Assembly (NCBI GenBank): GCA_052327205.1
Contig: CM126226.1
Location: forward strand, 10,974,001 to 11,038,000
From: Somniosus microcephalus
Lineage: Eukaryota
DNA length: 64,000 nucleotides
Reading direction: 5' to 3'
The notes beneath the pieces were generated by a model. The model had not been told where the DNA came from. It made no database searches and was given only the letters and a program-made list of their open reading frames with translations. Positions 11,907 through 25,700 of this stretch are shown piece by piece. The stretch's first letter is position 1, and every line of letters begins with the position of its first letter. Both the position numbers and the translations under genes were made by a program.

Positions 11907-14900
11907 TGTTAGAGCCGTGATTCTGAGAGTATGCTGTTTTTCAATAACCACACGGATGCTGTAACTTAACAATAAACAGGTATTTAATGGAGGAGGGTTG
12001 TCTCAAGACTGGGGGTACAGAGGCATGCGCAAGGCTTATATACAGGTGTGGTCACTGCCGGTACTACAGTATACAGGAGGTGTAAAAGTAGTTCTGTCTT
12101 AAAGGCACATACACTACAATTCCTCCCCTTTTAGATTAGTAGTACCCCTAATATTCAAATAACAATTAACACTTGAACATGTACATTAAACAACAATAGT
12201 CCATTTATAGATTCAGTCTTTGGGGCGGCTTCCTGACCCTTTCGGGATAGCGCCTTTCCTGAGGTTCTTGTTCTTGGTGCAGAGGCGATTCTGACCCCTT
12301 TTCATCGGGTAGTTCATCGGGTTCCACTGCTACTGGTTCTGAGGTAGATGCTACCGGTATGTCGGGTTCATCCCCAGGTACTCGAGACATGGGGTTGACG
12401 CGTTCCTGTGACGCTAAGATCTGATCGACGTGGCGTCTCACAATGTTCTCCCCAACATCTACTGTGTACATTAATGGCCCCTGCCTTGTGCATACCGTTC
12501 CGGGTTGCCATTTCTCTGTTCGATAGTCACGGGCCAAGACTGGTTGTCCTACATTGAAGCTCCTTGTCGGCTTCTCATTGATGTGCTGGAATTGTTTGTC
12601 CTCAACATTTCTTCGCACATTTGGTCTGAGCAAGTCCAGACGAGATCTCAACCTTCGGTTAAAGAACATCATGGCCGGGGTCTGGTTGGTAACTGCATGT
12701 GTCGCGTTTCGGTAGGCTAATAAGAAATTGTCCATCTTGTGCTGTAGTGGAATTTCATCGTCGCACATGGCCTTTATCGCCTTCTTAAAGGTTTGTACGA
12801 ACCTCTCAGCCAATCCATTTGTGGCAGGATGATACGGGGCGGATGTGTAATGCCTTACCCCATTCCTTCTCATAAATTTTTGAAACTCTTCGGACACAAA
12901 CTGTGGTCCATTATCAGAGCAAATCTGCTCTGGCAAACCGTTTCTGGCAAATATGGTCCGTAGGACTGCAATCGTTTTCTCTGTAGTGGTTGAGGACATT
13001 TTTATCACCTCAGGCCACTTCGAATGATCATCCACTGCTATTAAGAACATTGAGTCCATGAATGGACCAGCAAAATCAATATGCACCCGTTGCTATGGAG
13101 AGGAGGGCCACTCCCATGGGTGTGGAGGGGCATGTGGTGGTGCATTTTGGACCTTCTGGCATCCTAAGCAGCTCTTAGTTAGGTCTTTGATTTGTTGATC
13201 GATTCCCGGCCACCACACATAAGCCCGAGCAAGGCTTTTCATTTTCACTCCCCCCAGATGACCTTCATGTAGCTCATTTAGCGCACTCTCCCTTAACTTG
13301 GGTGGAATCACCACTCTGGATCCACACATCACTGTCCCCTGGCATACTGACAGCTGTTCTCTTCTGGATGAGAATGCTGGCAACAGTGAGTCGCCATGTG
13401 TTGGCCATCCCCTCACCATCAAATCATATACCCGAGACAGCCTCGGATCATTGCGGGTCTCCTTCTCTATATCCGCGTTCGTTACTGGCAATCGTTCAAT
13501 TATTGACGAATAAAATATCTCGATAGGGTCCACTGCTGGTGCTTCCTCCACAGTAGGCAGTGGCAGGCGCGATAGCCCATCAGCGTTCCCATGCTGTTTC
13601 GTGCCTTTATATTCTATTTCATATTGATTCGCCCCTAGAAACAGGGACCATCTTTGTAACCGTTGTGCAGTCATCACTGGAACGCCCTTCTTAGGATTAA
13701 AGATGGAGACAAGTGGTTGGTGGTCAGTCAGCAAGGTGAACTTCTGCCCATGCAGATAGTGGTTGAATTTTTTTACTCCCCAAACTAGGCTGAGGGCCTC
13801 CCTGTCAATCTGGGCATGGTTGCGCTCGGCTGAGGTTAGTGACCGAGACGCAAAGGCTACTAGCCTCTCCAACCCGTCTGGGAATTTGTGCGACAGCACC
13901 GCTCCAATACCATAGGGTGATGCAGCACATGCCAAACAAATTGGTAGCGCTGGGTTGAAATGGGCCAACACCTCTTTTGATGTGATCAATTCTTTACACT
14001 TCTGGAAAGCTTGTCTACGTTCGTCATCCCACTTCTATGGTACCCCTGTTTGCAGTAGGGTGTTCAGTGGGTGTAATACCGTGGACAAATTTGGTAAGAA
14101 CTTGTGGTAGTAGTTTACCAGCCCGAGGAACGACCTCAGTTGTGACCCATTTTCCGGGGCTGGAGCCTTGACTACTGCCTCAATCTTTTCAGGGGACTTA
14201 TGTAACCCCTCTTCATCGATGACGTGGCCACAATACGAGATCTGTTTCTGGAAAAACTCGCACTTGTGGCGATTAGCTCGTAGCCCATATTCCTTTAATC
14301 TGGTGAGCACCTTCTCCAAGTTGGCGAGGTGATCACTCTCATTTTCGCCCATGACCAAGATGTCGTCCAAATCACACTGGGTCCCTGGAATCCCTTGCAG
14401 GACTTGATCCATTGCCCTTTGTCAGATAGCCGGAGCCGAGGCTACCCCGAACACCAGCCGGTTGTATTGATAGAGACCTTTATGAGTGTTAATCGTAAGG
14501 TATTGTTTCGAAGCTTCTTCTACCTCCATTTGCAAGTACGCCTGGGCTAGATCAATTTTGGTGAAGCGTTTACCTCCAGATAGCGAGGTGAAAATATCCT
14601 CAATTCGTGGAAGCGGATATTGTACCGTGTGAAGGACTGGGTTCACTGTCACCTTAAAATCCCCACAGATGCGGACCTTCTTTGGTTCCCCAGGCGTATT
14701 ACTCAATGACCTCTTCATTACAGGAACGATGGGTGTAGCCCACTCGCTCCAGTCCACTTTGGACAGTACTCCTGATCGTTCCAACCCTTCCAGCTCTGCT
14801 TCGACAGCTGGTCTGATCGCATAAGGCACTGGTCTGGCCTTAAGAAACTTTGGGCTTGCATTTTCCTCTATTTTAATCGTTGCTGTTATGCCTTTTAGTG

Positions 14901-17015
14901 TTCCTAGTCCCTCCTGGAACACTTCTTTTGCGTCAGTTAGCATTTTTGACAGTCGTCCAGGTGTGACGTCGTCATCCTTTTTGGCCTCAGCCTTCAGTGC
15001 CTGTATGGAATGCCAATCTAATTGTATCTTCCGGATCCATTCACGTCCTAGCAGTGGTGGTCCTCCATCTGGCAATACATATATATCCATTTTAGGTATT
15101 TCCTGGCCTTTGTATATCACTTTCACCCTTATTTTTCCTTTGGGGTAGACTTTTTACCCCGTATACGTCTTCAAGACGATCTCTGTAGCTTTCAAGGGTA
15201 TATGTGAAAATAGCCACTGGTAGTCCCTTTGGTTTATGACTGTTAGGGCTGATCCTGTGTCCAATTCCATTTTCACTTGGACTCCGTCTATCTTGAGTGT
15301 AACCCAGACAGTCTGGTGATCCTCCATTTTGGTTACCTTATGTAGTTTCAGACAACCCAGCTCCTTGCTTCCGGAGTCTGTGTCACTTTTCTGTTCGTCT
15401 GAACCACTGTCCATCACCTGGTGTACCTTTTTGTACTTCTCCTGTGGAGATTTCTTACTGTTGGTTTTCTTCCCAGACCTGCAGACTCTTGCTATGTGTC
15501 CTGCTTTTCCACACTGTCTGCACACTTGGTCCTTGAACCAACAATCCTTCTGGTCATGTGTTGTTCTGCCGCAGCGATAGCACTTCCCTGTTCCATAGGT
15601 CATTTCATTGGTGCCATATTCTTGCGGTCTCCGTTATATCTCTGCAGCTCCCCTTGCGGCTGCTTCGTGTGATACTGCCATACTGAAAGCCTTGTCCAGC
15701 GTAAGATCCTTTTCTGATAGAAGCCGTTTCTGGGTTCCTTCACTTTGTAGCCCACACACAAACTTGTCCCATAACGTATCTGCTAGTCCTGCTCCAAACT
15801 GGCAGTGTTTCGATAGCTTGCGCAGTTCCGTTAGGTACTCAGCATTGCTTTCGTCTTTGTGTTGGTTCCTTTTATGGAACTTAAATCGTTCTGCTATCAG
15901 CAGCGGTGTGGGGTTTAAGTGGTCCTGTAGGATTTCTACTATGCTTTCGAAATTCTTGTTCACCGGCTTCTCTGGGGTTATTAGATTTCGCAGTAACCCA
16001 TAAGTTTTTGCACCCATGGAATTTAACAAAACCAGCGCTTTCCTAGCATCTGGCACTTCATTCGCCCTGCAGTACACCTCAATGTGTTCCACATATGTCG
16101 CCCAATCTTCAACTTCATTGTCGAACGTAGAGATACTGCCACTCTTCGGCATCCCTGGGTGTGATTTAACTTTCAAAAATGGCGTCTCCCGCGCTTCCCC
16201 TTCTTCTCCGCTGGCACAAAATGGTGTCTCCCGCGCTTTCCTTCCTTCCCGCGCTCGCCCTTCTTCTCCGCTGCGGCTTCTAAAAATGGTGTCTCCCGCG
16301 CTCTTCCTTCTTCTCCCCGCGGACACTGTTCAGTCCTTGAGCCCTGGCTGTGCTCTGCGCGTTCTTTTTTTTTCCTCGAAGCCGCTCGGTCCTGAACCAG
16401 GCTGTTGCTTTACCCTCGCTCCGGTTTTTTGTTTTTTTCTCTCGACGCCGCTTGGTTTTCAACCCCCGGCTGCGCCCTGTGCGCTTCATCCTCTGTCTTA
16501 CCCTGTCGACGCTGCTCGGCTTTCTCTCCGCCGTCGGTCGGCTCCAGCCACCGCTGTCCGGGAAGGGTCTGCGCTGGACCTGTCGTCAGTCTCTTGCTGA
16601 TCGTCGTGGCTGGGGAACCAAGCCTGGCTCTCCACAGCCTCCCCTGCGATGTTCACTCTCTGCCGGATGACTGGGCGGTTGCTCGTGGTCGACGCCCGTG
16701 TTCCTGGCCTCGACTTTTTGTTTTGTTACTCCGCCCTCCTGGAGCGAATCCTCGAAGGGAAATGCAGAGTTGCAGGTAGATTTGAATCGACACTCGTCGC
16801 CACTGTTAGATCCTTGATTCTGAGAGTATGCTGTTTTTCAATAACCACACGGATGCTGTAACTTAACGATAAACAGGTATTTAATGGAGGAGGGTAGTCT
16901 CAAGACTGGGGGTACAGAGGCATGCGCAAGGCTTATATACAGGTGTGGTCACTGCCAGTACTACAGTATACAGGAGCTGTAAAAGTAGTTCTGTCTTAAA
17001 GGCACATACACTACA
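11907..17015 (-). mobile_element. Ty3/Gypsy LTR retrotransposon 1 (Mag-clade-like), full length, decayed
   Basis: 212-bp LTRs at 11907-12118 and 16804-17015 (6 substitutions counted). TSD ATTAC at 11902-11906 and 17016-17020. PBS TGGCGACGAG next to the 5' LTR; PPT AAAAGGGGAGGAAT next to the 3' LTR. Confidence 0.97.
12205..16152 (-). pseudogene. gag-pol (two CCHC knuckles, protease LDTGS, RT, RNase H, integrase), multiple stops and frameshifts
   Basis: MPKSGSI start; CYRCG..H....C / CRQCG..GH....C; ELDTGS; DLDD; HEGHLG...C..C; HIDFAGP, SDNGPQF, GLAER. Confidence 0.93.
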
Positions 17016-17020
17016 ATTAC

Positions 17021-18500
17021 CACATCTTCCCAAATTTGATCCCATGCCCCCAATATTTAGTTTAAAGCCCTCTCTACTGCCCGAGTTATACGACTCACCA
17101 CACTGGCCCCAGCATGGTTCAGGTGAAGACCGTCCCAACGATACAGATCCCACTTTCCCCAGTACTGGTGCCAGTGCCCCAGGAATTGAAACCCATTTCC
17201 CCCACACCAGTCTTTGAGCCACACATTCATCTCTGTAATTTTATTTACCCTATGCCAATTTGCTTGTGGCTCAGGTAATAATGCAGACATTATTACCCAT
17301 GAGGTTCTGCTTTTTAATTTAGCCCCTAGCTGCTCATACTCTCTCAGCAGAACCTCTTTCCTAATTCTACCTATGTCGTTGGTACCTACATGGACCACGA
17401 CCACTTGATCCTACCCCTCCCACTGCAAGTTCCTCTCCAGCCCAGAGCAGATGTCCCGAACCCTGGCACCGGGCAAGCAACACAGCCGTCTGGACTCTCG
17501 CTCTTGGCCAGAGAGAACTGTATCTATCCCCCTGACTATGCTGTCCCCAATTACCACTACATTCCTATTAACTCCCCCTGCTTGAATGGCTTCCTGTACC
17601 TCGGTGCCATGGTCAGTTTGCTCATCCACCCTGCAGCCACCGCTTTCATCCAGACAGGCCACAAGAACCTCAAACCTGTTGGACAATTGCAAAGGCTGAG
17701 GCTCCTCCACCTCCTGGGTCCCCATACCTGCCTCACTCGCAGTCACATCCTCCTGTCCCTGACCACTGACCAAATCAGAAGACCCTATCCTAAGGGATGT
17801 GACTGCCTCCTGGAATAGAGTGTCCAGGTAACTTTCCCCCTCCCTGATGCATCGCAGTGTCCGCAGCTCAGCCTCCAGCTCATCAACTCTGAGCCGAAGT
17901 TCCTCAAGCCATAGACACTTACCGCAGATGTGTTCACCCTGGATCACACTGGCGTCCAGGAGCTCCCACATACTGCAGTCGCAACACATCACCTGCCCTG
18001 CCATCTTTATTGAGTCTTAATTTATTTTTATTAATTAATAATTAACAAACCCTACTACACCTTAAGATTCATTACTGCTAGTAAATTAGTACTAATGAAA
18101 CCTTACAATTACTAATAAACTTCCTGGGCTTTAAAAGATAAGGGAAGTGAGCAAAATACTCACCAACCAATCACTCACCCTTTTCCCTGTGATGTCACCT
18201 TTTTATTTTTCTCCAAATGCGGTTGGGGGGTGTCACAGAGCCGAACTCCCGCTGGTTCTCTGTCCCCTCTCGTGCAGCTTTTTAACTCCTGTTCTTCTGG
18301 AAGCTGACAAAGAAAGCACACGCTTGCTTGCTCACTCACTCTTCCACTTCACTTCGCCTCCCTTATTTATACTGCTGAGATTTCAGTAAGTGAGCTCTCT
18401 GGCAGTTACAGAACCAGATTAGACCAGTTAATTAATTACTCTCTCCTGCTCTCCAGCACAGAGCTTGCTTAGCCCTGCCCAAGCCAAACTCGCAGCTTAA
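17021..18500 (-). mobile_element. CR1 LINE copy 2, 5' part (ORF1 and 5' UTR; 5' boundary approximate)
   Basis: Continues the CR1 sequence across the ATTAC TSD and contains ORF1. Confidence 0.88.
17057..18004 (-). pseudogene. CR1 ORF1: CxxC..CxxC zinc finger, leucine zipper, SGNH esterase; one in-frame stop at 17411-17413
   Basis: MAGQVMCCDCSMW...HICGKC...LEELRLRVDELEAEL; GDSIVRG, HVGTND, DGLHL. The two ORF pieces are in the same frame. Confidence 0.92.
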
Positions 18501-19446
18501 CACTCTGTTCCAAGCTGCACTCTGGGGACATGTGAAGTCCTGCCACCCCTTCCTGTTCACACACGTCAGTACATAATGTGTTGTACTGTGGGCACTTCCT
18601 TTAATTTAATAATGTGCTTTAGATGCAATAAAAATGAACATGTAACAACACTTGAGTATTGCCAGCACAGAGTGAGGGAATGGCCGGGAGGGCAGTCAAG
18701 CTGCTACTTGGTTAAGTTTCTGCTCTGAAAATGTTGTGGGCAGGTAGGTGCTTGGCAGAGGCTGGGCATCTTCCTGGGAGGAGATGGAGGAATTGGAAGG
18801 AGCCCACTCTTCCTCTCTCGGTACCTGGTCAAGAGTAGCATTTGTGGGTCATCAGGAAGCAGGTCCATCACCACATGGGCTGCAGGAGGACCTGCAAGAG
18901 GAGGTGATGTAAAGGGGGGGTGGCTGTCTGTCATTGTGGGGGTAGCGCGACAGTTCAATATTGGCTCTCCTGCAAAAATGATAAAAACCTGCAATGTTTC
19001 AGGAAGCTTCTTTTTAGATCTTTGAATTCTCAGAGGGAACAAAACCTTTATTGTAAATTATGCAGGTTAATTATTTCAGTCATTGTAGTCTGTATGCAAA
19101 CTAACTCTTCATTCTAGCCTCCCTTTACTGCACTACAGTGAATGTTGGCTTTGTGCTATTAACGGATTCCCTGAGCTGGGTTCTACAGCATTAGGCAGCA
19201 AGCAATTTCCCCAAGGATTCAAATTCAATTTGGAATAATCTGATCTGAATTAATTTTGTCTGTAATGATCACATTTGAAGTGGACTGCAGCTGCATTGTC
19301 TGGGCGAGGCGTTGATCGACACAAAGGCAGGATTCCAGACAGCACATGTGTACTCTCGACGTGCTGAAAGATCTCCCTGCCCCCTCTCGCCACAACCGCC
19401 CCCCCCGCCTCCGCCACCACTGAAGGTTGTGGCTCATACTGGTGTC

Positions 19447-19893
19447 CGCCTTGGCTCAGTGGCAGCACTCTTGCCTGAGTCAGCAGGCTGAGAGTTCAAG
19501 TCCCACTCCAGAGTCTTGAGCATAGAATCGAGGCTGACAATCCAGTGCTGCACTGTCGGAGGTGCTGCCTTTCAGATGAGTTGTTAAACCGAGGTCCTGC
19601 CTGCCCCCTCAGGTGAACATAAAAGATCCCATAGCACAATTTTGAAGAAGAGCAGGGGAGTTCCCCCCCCCCCCCCCCGGTGTCCTGGCCAATATTTATC
19701 CCTCCACCAACGTCACTGAACATTATCTGGTCATTATCACAATGCTGTTTGTGGGAGCTTGCTGTGCGCAAATTGGCTGCTGCGTTTCCTACATCACAAC
19801 AGTGACTCCACTTCAAAGCTATTTCATTGGCTGCAAAGCGCTTTGGTACGTCCTGAGGTGGTCGAAGGGCGCTATATAAATGCAAATCTTTTT
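19447..19893 (+). mobile_element. tRNA-derived DeuSINE (SacSINE1/AmnSINE1-like)
   Basis: A box TGGCTCAGTGG (19452), B box GTTCAAGTCC (19494), central GCTGTGCGCAAATTGGCTGCTGCGTTTCCTACA block, tail CTATATAAATGCAA. Confidence 0.8.
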
Positions 19894-20739
19894 TCTGGGG
19901 TATAGTGCCAGCAACTATTCAGCTCGGTACCTCATCCATTCTTCTGAACCCCCGGACTGGTGGGCTTAATTCCCCCATGTGCTATTTTTAGCCTGCTGGG
20001 CATGAATTGCTATTTGCACTATTTTAACACCCCAGGAATTTATTCGAATGTGTGAACGACTGCGCTTTTATATTTTAAAAGAAATGTGCGTTGGGAGAAT
20101 TGTACTTGTGGGTGTCAACAGCTTGCTCGACTTTGAGGGGCTTCACATCCAAGCCCAATCCGGTCAACGTGGTCCGTCAACAAGAGCAACCAGGAGTGGG
20201 AACCCCGACTGCCCCTGTGATGAGCTATCGGAGCTTAGACTGGGAGTAAACTTGGGTGTGCATCCCTGAACTGTGTGGCTCAGTACCACGGCGAACCCTT
20301 TCACTCACTGAGCCATTGGAGAGCCAAAACATCGAAATTCTAGTTTGGTTTGTGCCGTGAACTTCATCCACTCGGCGATGGGTTCACTGCTCCAGAGGTT
20401 TCTTTAGGTAGAGAGAGGAAACCTTCATCTCCTTAATCTCGGCTTGATTCGAACACAGGTCCAAAGAAAATAGCCACATTCTAACTACTACTCCCCTGAG
20501 TTTCCTGTAGTATCATCGTTTTTTTAAAGACTTGTTGCTCAGATTCTTATTACACACCGGACAGAGGTGAGCAAAATCATTCCAGGCGAAATCGTACTGA
20601 ATTCTTAGCCGGTCATGTTTCTGTGTTTGACGCCTTCCAGTGTTCACCCAATAACATTTTAACTTTCGTCGAATTTTGTGTTACCTGTAAGGATGAGAAT
20701 GTTGGGGAGAGACTTATTCGGAAAATAGCACATGAGATT

Positions 20740-21750
20740 GATGATGGTAATTTGGGTACATAATTGGCTAAGGGATAGGAAGCAGAGAGCAGTGGTGAAC
20801 AGATGTTGCTCTGACTGAAGAGAAGTATGCAGTGGGGTTCCCCAGGGGTCAGTATTGCTTTTCTTGTTGTATATAAATTACCTGGACTTGAATATAGGGA
20901 GAATAATTTTGAAGTTTACAGATGATACATAACCTTGGCAATATAGTACATAGTGAGCAGGATAGTAGCAGACTTCAGACTGGGGAAATGGGCAGACACA
21001 CGGCAGATGCAGTTTAATGCAGATAAGTGTGAAGTGATGCACTTTGGAAGAAACAACATGGAGAGGCAGTACTGTATAATCTAAACGGTACTATTTTGAG
21101 GGGGTGCAAGAGCAGAGGGACCTGGGGGGGTGCATATTCACAAAGTTTTGAAGGTGGCAGAGCAAGTTGCTAAGGTGGTTCAGAAAGTGAATGGGATACT
21201 TGGCTTTATAAATAGAGGGCTATAAATACAAAAACAAGGAAATTATGCTAAACCTTTACAAACCACTGGTTAGGCCTCCGCTGGAGTATTGTGTACAATT
21301 CTGGGCACCACACTTTCACAGAATCACAATCACAGAAACCCCACAGTGCAGATAGAGGCCATTTCGGCCCATCGAGCCTGCACCGACACATATCCCACCC
21401 GATCCCCGTAACCCCACGTATTTAATCCCCCTAACACTAAGGGTCAATTTATCATAGCCAATCAACCTAACCCGCACATCTTTGGACTGTGGGAGGAAAC
21501 CGGAGCACCCGGAGAAAACCCACGCAAACACGGGGAGAATGTGCAAACTCCACACAGACAGTCGCCCGAGGCCAGATTCGAACCCGGGTCCCTGGCGCTG
21601 TGAGGCAACAGTGCTAACCACTATGCCACACTTTAGGAAGGATGTGAAGGCCCTGCTTCAAGAGGGCTAATTTGCTGAGTTATGGGGGAAAAACCTGGGG
21701 TGTGGGTCTAAATCGGATAGTTCTTTCAAAGAGCCTGTGCTGTAGGATTC
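20740..21750 (+). mobile_element. Old degenerate CR1 RT fragment interrupted by a V-SINE
   Basis: Remnants of GVPQGSV, FTDD, DKCEVMHFG and [17 protein letters not shown](R)KDV flank the SINE. Confidence 0.8.
21317..21629 (-). mobile_element. V-SINE (HE1-like) with TSD CCACACTTT
   Basis: tRNA head (GTGGTTAGCACTG...GGGTTCGAATC), V-domain (GGTGCTCCGGTTTCCTCCCACAGTCCAAAGATGTGC), CR1-like tail. CCACACTTT at 21308-21316 and 21626-21634, partly overlapping the SINE head. Confidence 0.88.
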
Positions 21751-21874
21751 TATAAGAGATGGGAATGGTGGAAAACACTAGACCATGGCAAATTCCCACA
21801 GATTTCTGGAATTCTTCCCCTCGTAGACAATTTATTCAGTGCTATGCTGGCCCATTTTATAGTTAACTTGGATT

Positions 21875-22065
21875 CATTAGGAACAGGAGTAGGCCATTCA
21901 GCCCCTTGAGCCTGCTTAGCCATACCCCAACACCATTTGCCCACTTAGGTACCATATCCCTAACAGAAATCCAGTGATCTCCATCTTCAGCTTCAATTGT
22001 CCCAGCATCCACAGCCTTTTGGGTGGAAGAGACCTCCAAACTTCGACTGCCCTTTGTATGAGCGG
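21875..22065 (-). mobile_element. Short CR1 3'-end fragment
   Basis: AGGAACAGGAGTAGGCCATTCAGCCCCTTGAGCC tail motif plus degenerate ORF2 C-terminus. Confidence 0.7.
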
Positions 22066-22779
22066 GGGGAAAAAAAGGTTGTCTTGTCTTGCTTTTGCAC
22101 CAGCAGATTCCTGGGAATGATCTGTCTAGTGGAACACTGAGGTGCCTTCGTTCATGGACAGAGAAAACCATTAGTGCAAGGGGAAAATTATCCCTTTTAT
22201 CTGTATCAATTTACAGAGACCTCAGCCATTGTGTGAGCTAGGTGAGGCCTATTCAGTTGCAAAACATAAATTATTGCTGAGGGTTTAAAAGCTTTTATTA
22301 TTCTTGGCAGTTTGAGGGGGCTGGACAGGACAGGAAAATCGGTTGTGAATTCTGTGCGGAATTAGGCAACATACTGTATTTTAGCAAAGTGTTCTGGATT
22401 TTACTGCAAAGGCCACACACTCTCAACGGCCGCCTTCCTCTGGGTCAACTCCTTGCTTTTCTTCATGGTTTTGTGCTTAACCCGCTAAAGAGCTATAGCA
22501 AAAGCTGTGGAACAGAATCTGTTAAAGTAGCAGTCGCGTTGGCATTATGCGAGGCGATTATTAGCACACGCACACCCCACACCTTCATTTTAAACTCCTC
22601 AGTCCGCTGTTTAAGCAGAAACAACAATCCATGTAAAGTAGCAGATGACGGGAGATTGGTACACATTCATTAGTGTCATTTCAAGGTTACTGAATTATTT
22701 ATGCACAACAGGAAAAAGTCCTGCGCTGCACATGTATCATCCCACACGCTCGTCCTGGCCCCTACGTTCTCACGGTGTT

Positions 22780-25700
22780 GAAACATAGAAACACAGAAGA
22801 TAGGAGCAGGAGTAGGCCATTCGGCCCCTCGAGCCTGTTCCGCCATTTAATGAGATCATGGCTGATCTTCCAAACTCAGTACCCTGTCCCTGCTTTCTCC
22901 CTATATCCCTTGATCCCTTTAGCCTTAAGAAATATATCTAACTCCTTCTTGAATATATTTAATGAGTTGGCCTCAACTGCCTTCTGTGGTAGAGAATTCC
23001 ACAGGTTCACCACTCTCTGGGTGAAGAAATTCCTCCTCATCTCAGTCCTAAATGGCTTACCCCTTATCCTTAGACTGTGACCCCTGGTTCTGGACTCCCT
23101 GCCATCGGGAACATCCTTCCAGCATCTAGTCTGTCTAGCCCTGTTAGAATGTTATAAGTTTCAATGAGATCCCCTCTCATTCTTCTAAAACTCTAGTGAA
23201 TATAAGCCTAATCGACCCAATCTCTCACCATACGTCATTCCTGCCATCCCAGGTATCAGTCTGGTGAATCTTCGCTGCACTCCCTCCATGGCAAGAACAT
23301 CCTTCCTCAGATAAGGCGACCAAAACTGGACACAATACTCGAGGTGTGGTCTCACCAAGGCCCTGTACAACTGCAGCAAGACATCCTTGCTCCTGTACTC
23401 AAATTCTCTTGCTATGAAGGCCAACATACCATTTGCCGCCTTAACTGCCTGCTGCACCTGCATGCTTACCTTCAGCGACTGGTGCACAAGGACATCCAGA
23501 TCACGTTGCACTTCCCCTTTTCCCAATCTATTGCTGTTCAGATAATCTGTCTTCCTGTTTTTGCCACCGAAGTGGATAACCTCACATTTATCCACATTAT
23601 ACTGCATCTGCCCAATCACCCAACCTGTCCAAATCATACTGGAGTTTCTCTGCATCCTCCTCACAGCACACACGCCCACCCAGCTTTGTGTTGTCTGCAA
23701 ACTTGGAGATATTACATCTAGTTCCCTCGTCTAGATCATTAATATATATTGTGAATAGCTGGGGTCCTAGCACCGATCCCTGCGGTACCCCACTAGTCAC
23801 TGCCTGCCACTCGGAAAAAGACCTGTTTATTCCAGCTCTTTGCTTCCTGTCTGCCAACCAGTTCTATATCCAAGTCAATACCTTACCCCCAATCCCAAGT
23901 GCTTTAACTTTCCACGCTAATCTCTTATGCGGGACCTTATCGAAAGCCTTCTGAAAGTCCAAATACACCACATCCACTGCTTCTCCCTTATCTATTCTAC
24001 CAGTTACATCCTCCAAAAAATTCCAGTAGATTAGTCAAGCATGATTTACCTTTTGTAAATCCATGTTGACTTTATCTGATCCTGTCGCTGTTTTCCAAGT
24101 GCTCTGCTATTATATCTTTTATAATGCACTCTAGCATTTTCCCCACTACCGATGTCAGGCTTACCGGTCTATAATTCCCCGTTTTCTCTCTACCACCTTT
24201 TTTAAATAGTGGGGTTACATTAGCTACCCGCCAATCCATGGGAACTGTTCAGAGTCTATAGAATTTTGGAAGATGACCAGCACTGCATCTACTATTTCTA
24301 GGGCCACTGCCTTAAGTACCCTAGGATGTAGATTATCAGGCCCTGGGAATTATCGGCCTTCAATCCCATCAATTTCCCTAACACCATTTCCCTACAAATA
24401 ACGATTTCATTCAATTCCTCCCTCTCATTAGACCCTATGTTCCCCGACATCTCTGGGAGGTTATTTGTGTCCTCCTTTGTGAAGACCGAACCAAAGTATG
24501 TATTTAATTGGTCTGCCATTTCTTTGTTCCTCATTATAAATTCCCCTGATTCTGACTGCAAGGGACCTACGCTTGACTACATCAATCTTTTTCTCTTCAC
24601 ACATTTATAGAAGCTTTTACAGTCAGTTTTTGTGTTCCCTGCAAGCTTACTCTCATAATCTATTTTCCCCCTCTTATTTAATCCCATTGTCCTCCTTTGC
24701 TGAATCCTAAACTGTTCCCAATCCTCAAGTTTACTGCTTTTTCTGGCCAATTTATGCCCTCTCCGTGGATCTTATGCTATCCCTAATTTCCCTTGTTAGC
24801 CACGGTTGAGTCAACTTTTTTGTTTTATTTTTATGCCAAACAGGGATGAACAAATTCTGTAGTTCATCCATGCGATCTTTAAATGTTTGCCATCGCCTAT
24901 CCACCATCAACCCTTTGAGTAACATTCCTCAATCCATCCTAGCCAAATTGCACCTCATACCATCATAGTTTCCTTTATTTAAATTCAGGACCCTAGTCTC
25001 TGAGTCAACTACTTCACTCTCCATCTTAATGAAGAATTCGATCATATTATGATCGCTCCGACCCAAGGGGCCTCGCACAACAAGGTTGCTAATTAATCCT
25101 TTCTCATTACATAATGCCCAGTCTAAGATGGCCTGATCTCTCGTACCTTGACATATTGGTCCAGGAAACCATCCCGTATACACTCTAGGAATTCCTCCTC
25201 CACAGTATTGTTACTAATTTGGTTAGCCCAATCTATATGTAGATTAAAGTCACCCATGATAACTGCTGTGCCCTTATTGCACGCATCTCTAATTTCCCAT
25301 TTAATGCCATCCCCAACCTCAACATTACGGTTTGCGTGTCTGCATACAACTCCCACTAACATTTTCTGCCCCTTGGTATTTCTCCGCTCTACCCATACAG
25401 ATTCCACATCATCAGAGCTAATATCCTTCCTTACTATTGTGTTAATCTCCTTTTTAACCAGCAATGCTACCCCACCTCCTTTTCCTTTTTGCCTGTCCTT
25501 CCTGAATATTGAATACCCCTGGATGTTGAATTCCCAGCCTTGGTCACCCTGGAGCCATGTCTCCGTAATCCCAATGATATCATATCCATTTACATCTATT
25601 TGCGTAGATAATTCATCCACCTTAATACAAATGCTCCTTGCATTAAGACACAAAGCCTTCAGGCTTGTTTTTTTAACACTCTTAGTCCTTTTAGAATTAT

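Noticed and set aside
19030-19330. Possible conserved non-coding enhancer (TAAT-rich unique sequence; similar impression at ~22480-22720)
   Set aside because: Cannot be supported without cross-species alignment.
19447-19520. tRNA gene
   Set aside because: The A/B boxes belong to a SINE head that continues into SINE body and tail; no full cloverleaf.
21316-21621. 101-aa ORF MVSTVASQ...
   Set aside because: Translation of a V-SINE, a common spurious ORF.
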